NCBI GenBank assembly: GCA_937899865.1
Contig: CALBRH010000063.1
Span: 79,510 to 143,509, forward strand
Direction of reading: 5' to 3'
Origin: an uncultured euryarchaeote
Lineage (GTDB): Archaea > Thermoplasmatota > Poseidoniia > Poseidoniales > Poseidoniaceae
DNA length: 64,000 bases
Positions 55,100 to 62,694 of the stretch are shown in pieces (within the stretch, counting starts at the first letter, position 1; each line of letters opens with the position of its first letter). Below the pieces are notes generated by a model. The model was not told the DNA's origin and ran no database searches. It was given only the letters and a program-made list of their open reading frames with translations. The position numbers and the translations under genes were made by a program.

Positions 55100-56338
55100 A
55101 TGTCTGAAAAAATATTAGAACAATATGGAAGAGTTACAATATATATGGAACCAAATCATCCCTCACCCATTTATCATGTAGATGGGTCAATAGAGCCTAA
55201 CCCATATGGTGATTTAGCTGTATTACTTGAAGATGATGAACTTGAGGAAGTTATGTACAATGGTGGCACACAGTGTGTTAAAGTTGCACACAGAAAGCAT
55301 GGAATGTGTCGTACTAATGTTTGGATTGATGATGATAGTGGGATTCAAATTGCTAAAAATATTGCATCATTTACCAATGTCCCATTAGGTGATGGCCCTG
55401 GACTTGTCCCAATTTTCGATGGAAGATTGCCTGATGGTTCAAGAGTCAATGGAACTATTCCGCCAATTTCGCCAGATGGTCCTACACTAACTATTCGTAA
55501 ATTTATGGAAGATCCTTTAACTATGCTTGATTTAATCAAGTTTGGAACTGTAAACTCACGTCTAGCCGCAATGATGTGGGTTTGGATAGAGGGTCTTGAT
55601 AGCCGTCCAGCAAATTTCGTTATTGCTGGTGGAACTGGTTCAGGTAAAACTACAACATTAAACTGTCTTGGAATGTATATACCTTGGCATAGACGTCTTT
55701 TGACTGTAGAAGATACTGCAGAATTACAGGTTTATCACGACCACTGGTTAAGAATGGAAACACGAAGAGAAAGGCCAGATGGAACTCCAGAAGTTGATAT
55801 GAACGATTGCTTAAAATCAAGTTTGAGAATGAGGCCTGATCGAATAATTGTTGGTGAGGTAAGAGGGCCTGAAGCAGCAACCTTGCTCACTGCTATGAAT
55901 ACTGGACACGATGGTTCATTCGGTTCACTTCACGCTAATACTGCTCAAGAAACAGTTACAAGAATGATTAATCCTCCAATGCTGGTTCCACCTATTATGT
56001 TAACAGGATTGGATTTGATAATTATTCAAGCGAGATTACATGTTAATGGAAAGACTGCTAGAAAGATTACTGAAGTAGCTGAAATTGCTGGAATGGAAGG
56101 AACCAAACCAAGATTAAATGTTATTTGGAAGTATAATCCTGCCAATGATAGAATTGAGGAAACTGGAATCCCATCAAAGTTAAGAGAAACTATTTGTCAA
56201 GCAGCTGGGGTTACTCCAGATGTATTCGAAAAACACGTAAGTCAAAGGCAGAAGATTTTGGAAGATTTACTTAACAGAGAGATTCGCGATATTCAAACTG
56301 TAACTCAAGTTATTCAGAATTTCTACGCAACTAGATGA
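55100..56338 (+). CDS. Type IV pilus/Tad assembly ATPase (CpaF/TadA/VirB11 family)
   Basis: GRLPDGSRVNG, LTIRKF, GGTGSGKTT, VEDTAEL, LRMRPDRIIVGEVRG, MNTGHDG..SLHAN. Confidence 0.93.
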   Translation: MSEKILEQYGRVTIYMEPNHPSPIYHVDGSIEPNPYGDLAVLLEDDELEEVMYNGGTQCVKVAHRKHGMCRTNVWIDDDSGIQIAKNIASFTNVPLGDGPGLVPIFDGRLPDGSRVNGTIPPISPDGPTLTIRKFMEDPLTMLDLIKFGTVNSRLAAMMWVWIEGLDSRPANFVIAGGTGSGKTTTLNCLGMYIPWHRRLLTVEDTAELQVYHDHWLRMETRRERPDGTPEVDMNDCLKSSLRMRPDRIIVGEVRGPEAATLLTAMNTGHDGSFGSLHANTAQETVTRMINPPMLVPPIMLTGLDLIIIQARLHVNGKTARKITEVAEIAGMEGTKPRLNVIWKYNPANDRIEETGIPSKLRETICQAAGVTPDVFEKHVSQRQKILEDLLNREIRDIQTVTQVIQNFYATR

Positions 56339-56340
56339 TT

Positions 56341-58107
56341 CTATCCTCTTAGTCTTGCTAGAATATCATCAATATGATTGATTTTCTCTCGAGCAGATTT
56401 TACTCTCTCACCAGCGTCGTTCAAATCTTCATCTTCAGAGATAATTTCTTCTATAGAAAAATCGGTTTTTGGTTTGAAACTACTTGCAAGTGATTTTAAT
56501 TCAGTAATAATCGAGTCAACTTCAGTTTCTGAAACTATTACCCCAGGGGCAATTTTCGGAATCTCAGAAGGAGAGATGTATCCTAATTCTGAGCCGATTA
56601 TTCCTGCCGAAGCAAGTATTTTTGGTCGTAAATCTGGAGTATTTACGTCATATCCTCTTGATTCTAAGAATCTAATTATTAGTGCTTGTTGTGATTCTGT
56701 AAAAGTACCTTCAGATGATTCCATCACAGTTTCAACTAGTTGCTCAAAGGCGACAATATTTCTTTCCAATCTGTCAATTACTCTCCTTTCTTCAGGCGTA
56801 ATATGAACTGAACCATGATGGAGTATTTTCAAAACCCTATTACGACGTGCAATATTAGGGTCCTGCAATCCTTCTGCCTCTGAAAGATCAACTTGCAAAT
56901 CAAATAAAGCGTGTAATCTTCCAGATATACTTGGAATCCTTAGGTCAAGACCCATTGATTTAGCTATTTCTTCAAAAGCCATTCTTGCTTTAATTAAATC
57001 ACCATCATGCAAATTTATGGTGTTGGATAGTTGGTCTCTAAGAGAACTTCGTGCATTTTCAAATTGCCTAATTGCTTCTCTTTCAGACCATGAGTTTGGC
57101 ATACTGTTTATTGCGTCCTTTTCAGAATCTATTTTAAACTCCATTTTCATTACTATGTCAGTTAAGTAAGCACGTACTGACTTTATATCAACAGGTAATC
57201 CATGACTGCCAAGATTATCGATAAATAACTCGAAATCTTCGCTATTTGAAGTAGAACTTACGGTTAAGAAATCTCTTGCAGATGATTCTATTTCAGCAAT
57301 TCTTGATTCAACTTCAATGATTGCAGCCTCTCTTTCTAAAGTATCAATTTCAGTATCTGCAACTATGCTGGGTGCAGTCTGATTCATTTGTGGAATAGGA
57401 GTTTCACTTTCATTTTCCTGTTGTACTGTTTTTAGAGCATTATCAATTGAATTAGAAACTTCAACTCTTGAAATTTCTACTCCATCATCTGCCAAATTAT
57501 TTCTAAATTCAGACTCTTCCTCAAAACTCCATCCTTCCGGATGTTCTTCGATAAATTTCTCAACAGAATCTTGAATGTTGGTCGAAGAGTAATCATCATC
57601 TTCCGAAGGATTTGGTATGACAATCTTTGATTTAGCATTGTCATTTTTACGCTTCAATGATTTCTTTACCTTGCCCCATGAACCTTGTTGAGATGCGAGA
57701 ACTCCAGCAACTCTTACTAGGAGAGTTTGCTTATCTCCAGTTAGGGGGAGTTCGAGAATTTTACAAAGTGAATGAATATCTTGCTTGTTCATTTTATCTA
57801 GGTTTTCTGCGGTAAGAGTCTTAGGATCTTCATACAAGTGTAAGTATAGACGTTGTCTTCTTTCTCTTATTGAGCCAGATTTTTTTAATCCAAAAACACC
57901 CAAGATTTCGCCGAGGTTTTTGTTTTTTATTGACTTTATATTTTCTTTGGATAAATCCCAATCTGTTAAAACTAAATTTTTAATCAATCTTGCCCTTACT
58001 ACTTCAACAGGACCATTTTTCGGCAATTCACTAACAGAAGCCATCTCTTTTAGGCGGTCAAAACGGGCTTGATACAACTCGCAAAGAAGGTCAACCTTGT
58101 CTGTCAT
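56341..58107 (-). CDS. Protein with three tandem N-terminal SAP-like motifs (start reassigned to ATG 58107)
   Basis: LKEMASVSELPKNGPVEVVRARL; LGEILGVFGLKKSGSIRERRQRL; IHSLCKILELPLTGDKQTLLVRV. Confidence 0.7.
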   Translation of the reverse strand: MTDKVDLLCELYQARFDRLKEMASVSELPKNGPVEVVRARLIKNLVLTDWDLSKENIKSIKNKNLGEILGVFGLKKSGSIRERRQRLYLHLYEDPKTLTAENLDKMNKQDIHSLCKILELPLTGDKQTLLVRVAGVLASQQGSWGKVKKSLKRKNDNAKSKIVIPNPSEDDDYSSTNIQDSVEKFIEEHPEGWSFEEESEFRNNLADDGVEISRVEVSNSIDNALKTVQQENESETPIPQMNQTAPSIVADTEIDTLEREAAIIEVESRIAEIESSARDFLTVSSTSNSEDFELFIDNLGSHGLPVDIKSVRAYLTDIVMKMEFKIDSEKDAINSMPNSWSEREAIRQFENARSSLRDQLSNTINLHDGDLIKARMAFEEIAKSMGLDLRIPSISGRLHALFDLQVDLSEAEGLQDPNIARRNRVLKILHHGSVHITPEERRVIDRLERNIVAFEQLVETVMESSEGTFTESQQALIIRFLESRGYDVNTPDLRPKILASAGIIGSELGYISPSEIPKIAPGVIVSETEVDSIITELKSLASSFKPKTDFSIEEIISEDEDLNDAGERVKSAREKINHIDDILARLRG

Positions 58108-58259
58108 CCTACCACCTTGTTGGATATGCGTACAAAGCAGTATATGTGGTTTCGCTATCATGAAGTAGTATTTTTTTGGTTTTTGAAGTGTTTTTTACTT
58201 CCGCAAAGGTATTGTATCTTTGGCATTCATGGCTGAATAGAGGCAATTTGGTGATAGCC

Positions 58260-58832
58260 ATGAGTCGGAGTTTCAAATCAGCAAAGAATGCTATAAAAGA
58301 GACAAATTCGATGGTTGATTCTCTTTCTGACACAGTTAGAAATGATTTCAAGAAGAACATCAGCGGACTAGAGGATGCATTGTCTCAGCGAATTAATGAT
58401 GCTGAAAAAGCTATACTTGAGTCATCAAAAGCCAGAGAAGCCATGGTTGCTGGTATTGGCAGTATGAAGAAATCAGTTGAAAAGGCTCAGAGAAGATTTT
58501 CTAAAACTAATAATTTAGAGGAGTTGAGGGCTACAATGGTAGAAATATTTTCTGATATAAATCGACTAAAGACGGCCAATGAAAAGATTTCTTCTGATAT
58601 TTCTCTGGTATTGCACCCAAATATGTCTGCTGTAGAAGCGATTGAAAGATTCGCCTCTGACTTGCAAAGGTTTGCAGGTACTTGGGAGAGAATCGCTAGA
58701 GATATTGATCAGTCAATAACTGAATTGTGTGATGATCAAACTCCTTCTGAATTAATTGACTTGCAAAATTACATCTCAAATCAAGGATTTGACAAGTTAG
58801 TTGACAATAATTTGAATGCTGAATCAGAGTAA
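58260..58832 (+). CDS. Hypothetical all-helical/coiled-coil protein (start ATG 58260)
   Basis: Heptad-rich sequence; divergent from the SAP gene. Confidence 0.6.
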   Translation: MSRSFKSAKNAIKETNSMVDSLSDTVRNDFKKNISGLEDALSQRINDAEKAILESSKAREAMVAGIGSMKKSVEKAQRRFSKTNNLEELRATMVEIFSDINRLKTANEKISSDISLVLHPNMSAVEAIERFASDLQRFAGTWERIARDIDQSITELCDDQTPSELIDLQNYISNQGFDKLVDNNLNAESE

Positions 58833-58833
58833 T

Positions 58834-59988
58834 TTACAATTTTAGTAAACCAGGTTTAGCCGAATTATATTCTTCTGGTAAACCGCTGATTACTCTTTTT
58901 AGTTCATCATGATCTTGTTGAAGTAGATCAACTAGAAATTTTATTTCTTGGATGAAGACGTTTTTGCCTCGTTCGAATTTACTTTCACTAATCGGCTCAA
59001 TGCGAACCATTTCAAGAGAAACATCACTATTTTCACCAAGAACCTCGAAGTATATGCAGATACGTGGGCCTGGTATGACGTCTTTAGAAGGGCTCCATTT
59101 TGTTCTTGAATCTCTGCCTTTTTTAGCACTTGGAATCAAATAATTTTCTCCGATTTTTAATGCATATGACTCATCAATTAGTTTCACATATTGCTTTAGT
59201 ATGGTCGAGAGCTTTTTTTGCTCAACAAATAATCCAGAGATTTGTCTCAATTCATCACTCAATGATTCATAAATGGCATTTTCAATATGATAACATGTTT
59301 GAGCCGCAATATCGTTTAAATCACTAATCATTGTTATTGGAAAACCTTCTCTTGAAACGAGAACAGTAAAACCTTCAAGAGGTGGAGATATAAATTTAGA
59401 GCGTTCAAACTCTTGCGAAGGTTTTTCTCTTTGCATTCCCAAGGTATGCCGCCTAACTCTAGATTTTATTTGGCTGAATTTGCCTCTTGAAATGACATAA
59501 CCATCAATCAACTTTTCATTCCTTAATTGTTCTAACATCTCAAGTTCTTCTTCTACACCAATTTCATTTAGATCGTAATTTAGTGATTTTGCCTCTACTG
59601 ATTCATCTAAACGATTAATTGTTAAATCTTCTCTCATTCTCAACAATTGTCGTTTTATTAATTCTTTTTCACAAATAATTTTTGCTCCAAAAGGCAAGTA
59701 CTCCGGTTTATCATCTGCAACCAAAACCCAAGTAGGTTCTCTTCTAGCCAAAAAAGCACAAATTTTCAAACCTTCTACATCCATCGATTTCCATTGATTT
59801 ATACTCATGGCAAGCAAGTCTCCTGTGCCCTTTTTTAGAGTTTCAATGGCTACTTCCATATGTGGAAACTCACTCATTTTGAAATTAAATGAATCACGAT
59901 TTTTGACGATGGCATTCTCGGTTTGGAGTCTAACTCCATCATAGTTTGATGGAGTTGTCAAAACCTCTAGTCTGGGCTTATCTTCCAT
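58834..59988 (-). CDS. Porphobilinogen deaminase (HemC)-fold protein, probably catalytically degenerate (start ATG 59988)
   Basis: ETLKKGTGDLLAMS, LARREPTWVLV, YLPFGAKII...RQLLRMREDLTI, DGYVIS follow the HemC order, but the HSxKD and GGC motifs are absent. Confidence 0.6.
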   Translation of the reverse strand: MEDKPRLEVLTTPSNYDGVRLQTENAIVKNRDSFNFKMSEFPHMEVAIETLKKGTGDLLAMSINQWKSMDVEGLKICAFLARREPTWVLVADDKPEYLPFGAKIICEKELIKRQLLRMREDLTINRLDESVEAKSLNYDLNEIGVEEELEMLEQLRNEKLIDGYVISRGKFSQIKSRVRRHTLGMQREKPSQEFERSKFISPPLEGFTVLVSREGFPITMISDLNDIAAQTCYHIENAIYESLSDELRQISGLFVEQKKLSTILKQYVKLIDESYALKIGENYLIPSAKKGRDSRTKWSPSKDVIPGPRICIYFEVLGENSDVSLEMVRIEPISESKFERGKNVFIQEIKFLVDLLQQDHDELKRVISGLPEEYNSAKPGLLKL

Positions 59989-60071
59989 CGCTAATACCTC
60001 GGCTCGGAGTATTCCGAACAGTTTGTGGGCGTAGACCATTGGTTAAGAAGGACTCCCTATGTGGAGTGTTC

Positions 60072-61049
60072 ATGGCGCAGATTCAACCAGACTTCGAACA
60101 TGGTCTAGAATCACTACGCAAACAGATTGATGCCTCCTTAGAAGAGATGATAGCCTCAAGAATTGACTCAGGTGAAGTTGTCGAGTTATCTGCGAGAGTA
60201 TTGCTTGCAGGTGGGAAACGGCTTAGACCAATAATGATGTGTCTATCTTATGAGATCGCTGGAGGTCAAGATTTGTCCAAAATAATGCCTTTAGCAATGG
60301 CGTTTGAATTCTTACATACAGCTACATTAGTTCATGATGATATTAACGATGGTGCAACTCATAGAAGAGGAATTCCAACGATTCATGAAACAGCGGGATT
60401 GTCTAAAGCGATTATTGCTGGCGACTGGCTATTCGTTCAAGGATATGCACTTGGTGGACAATATAACCAAGACATTGTCTCAAATATCGCAAATTGTTGT
60501 TCAAGTATTGCTGTATCTGAATTTTCTCAAATCGATCATATCCAAAATTTAAAGACCTCTCCTGAAGATTATATTGGAATTGTAAAAGGCAAGACAGCAG
60601 GTCCATTTGCATCAGGTTGCCGGAGTGCAGGTATTGTAGCAGGTGCAACTGAAGAACAACTGATTGCTTTGGAAGAATTTGGTAATGAGATTGGAATTGC
60701 ATATCAATTAGTTGATGATTTACTCGATTTATTAGGCGATGACCAAATTGGTAAACCTCGTGGCGCAGATGTTTATGAAGGTAAAATGACTTTGCCTTTG
60801 ATACACTCTCTAACTTTGTCACACGGTAAGGATAGGGATAGATTGGCAGAAATAATTAACAATTTTAATGAAGAATTATTAGATGAGTTAATCGATTTAC
60901 TTGAAAAATCAGATAGTTTCAATTATACCAAGATATTAATCAATAATCATTTTGAAAGGGCAATAAATAATCTTGATTTGTTCCCAGATTCTAATGCTAA
61001 ATTATTATTAAGAAATGTTGCAGAATATGCTACAACCAGGAAATTGTAA
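60072..61049 (+). CDS. Trans-polyprenyl diphosphate synthase (start ATG 60072)
   Basis: GGKRLRP, FARM HTATLVHDDIND..RRG, KTA, SARM QLVDDLLD, GKMTLP. Confidence 0.92.
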   Translation: MAQIQPDFEHGLESLRKQIDASLEEMIASRIDSGEVVELSARVLLAGGKRLRPIMMCLSYEIAGGQDLSKIMPLAMAFEFLHTATLVHDDINDGATHRRGIPTIHETAGLSKAIIAGDWLFVQGYALGGQYNQDIVSNIANCCSSIAVSEFSQIDHIQNLKTSPEDYIGIVKGKTAGPFASGCRSAGIVAGATEEQLIALEEFGNEIGIAYQLVDDLLDLLGDDQIGKPRGADVYEGKMTLPLIHSLTLSHGKDRDRLAEIINNFNEELLDELIDLLEKSDSFNYTKILINNHFERAINNLDLFPDSNAKLLLRNVAEYATTRKL

Positions 61050-61129
61050 TACTGTTGCAGAGTTTCAATTAGCCAATATTTCTTATCAATAGCCGGTTGA
61101 TTCAAGTTAGATGATGTATACGGACTGTC

Positions 61130-61624
61130 ATGGAGAATGTCCGCGTATCTGATGATGAAGCGGTCAGCCCGGTTATTGCTACTGTACTTTTGCTGGCAAT
61201 TACTGTAATGCTATCAAGTATGGTTTTTGTAATGATGCAAGGAGCAATCAATTCTGTAGAAAAGGCAGAACCTGAAGTTTCTGTTAGCGTTAAGGGTCTT
61301 TCAAATGGCTTCCATGTTGTTAGAATTACTAGTTTAGACCAAGCTTTAGACCCTGCTAGATTAGAATACCAAATATACAATGATAATGATTTGAATTCTA
61401 AAGAATTTAGTGGATTTGTCGATGATCCTGAAGTATATGGAGTAGTAGGTTCCAATGTTTCATTCCATGATAGAGATGCAGGTTACTCCGTTACTCAAGG
61501 AGATTATTTCGTAATTGATTCTGAAAGTATTGGGGCTAAAGATGGTACTTGGAGTATGAAACTTATTGACCAAAGTTCTAACAGATTATTATTCAATGTA
61601 AAGTTAGTTCTTATTGAAGACTAA
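61130..61624 (+). CDS. Archaeal type IV pilin-like protein (class III signal peptide)
   Basis: SDDEA/VSPVIATVLLLAITVMLSSMV N-terminus. Confidence 0.85.
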   Translation: MENVRVSDDEAVSPVIATVLLLAITVMLSSMVFVMMQGAINSVEKAEPEVSVSVKGLSNGFHVVRITSLDQALDPARLEYQIYNDNDLNSKEFSGFVDDPEVYGVVGSNVSFHDRDAGYSVTQGDYFVIDSESIGAKDGTWSMKLIDQSSNRLLFNVKLVLIED

Positions 61625-62622
61625 CCTCCAATGAAATGCATTTGTACCGGTTGATAATTAGTTTGTAGACTACTTCTAATTTCTGAATATCTGTCTTCTC
61701 GCTTTTCCCAAACAGCTAGAATAGCATCTCTTAGTTCATCAGTATCTGCGCCTAATTTAATCAATGATTTCAAATCATGACCTTGTTCTGAAAATAAGCA
61801 GGTGTAGAGGCTGCCGTTAGCAGATATTCTTGCCCGAGTGCATGATTTGCAAAACGGCTTTGATATTGATTCAATAAAACCTATTTCATAACCATCAGCA
61901 AAAGTCCATCTATTTGCTACTTCACCATATTTTGAATCATTTACTTGGTTTAATTCATTGAATTCGTTAGTAATAATAGAGCGAATTTCATCTCCTGAAA
62001 CTACTTGGTTTAGATTCCAATTTTTTGTCCCACCAACATCCATGTATTCAATAAATCTAACAGAAACGCCCATCCTATAGAATAATTTAGTAATTGGAAT
62101 TATTTGATTTTCATTAAAGTCCTTAATTACTACAGTATTTATTTTGACAGTTAAACCAGCATTTATTGCAGATTCAATACCTTGGACAATTTCTCTAGAT
62201 GAAATTTTAGAGTTTGAAATATCTTGAACAATCTCATCATCGATTCCATCAAGACTGACAGTAACTCTATCCAATCCAGAATCTGAAAGTTTTTGAGCAA
62301 ATTTATGCAATAAACTTCCATTAGTAGTTAGTGCTATGTCTAAGTTAGAATCACATTTTCTTATCATTGAAATCAGCGTACAAATATCCTTACGGAGTAA
62401 AGGTTCGCCTCCAGTAATTCTTACCTTTTCTAAACCAAGAGGCAACATAGATCTAACTAGAAGAGATATATCTTCGAAACTTAGAATTTCACTTCTTGGA
62501 AGGAATTTATGATTAACTCCGAATTCATCGGGTGGCATACAATAATTGCATCGAAAGTTACACCTGTCAGTAATGGAGATTCGTAAATCCTTGAGAGGTC
62601 TTCCAAGAGAATCCCTCGTCAT
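61621..62622 (-). CDS. moaA: GTP 3',8-cyclase MoaA (start reassigned to ATG 62622)
   Basis: LRISITDRCNFRCNYC, RITGGEPLL, FIEYM, FCKSCTRARISANGSLYTCL, terminal MHFIGG. Confidence 0.95.
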   Translation of the reverse strand: MTRDSLGRPLKDLRISITDRCNFRCNYCMPPDEFGVNHKFLPRSEILSFEDISLLVRSMLPLGLEKVRITGGEPLLRKDICTLISMIRKCDSNLDIALTTNGSLLHKFAQKLSDSGLDRVTVSLDGIDDEIVQDISNSKISSREIVQGIESAINAGLTVKINTVVIKDFNENQIIPITKLFYRMGVSVRFIEYMDVGGTKNWNLNQVVSGDEIRSIITNEFNELNQVNDSKYGEVANRWTFADGYEIGFIESISKPFCKSCTRARISANGSLYTCLFSEQGHDLKSLIKLGADTDELRDAILAVWEKREDRYSEIRSSLQTNYQPVQMHFIGG

Positions 62623-62694
62623 GAATTGAACTAAGTGTTTGAGGTTCTTGATTGTTTTACAAGCATTGATGTTTAATGAGTTGTAGGCTTCTAT

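Noticed and set aside
53390-56338. Prophage or provirus around the tail-like gene
   Set aside because: No integrase, terminase, capsid, sheath or att-like repeats; the flanks are core housekeeping genes
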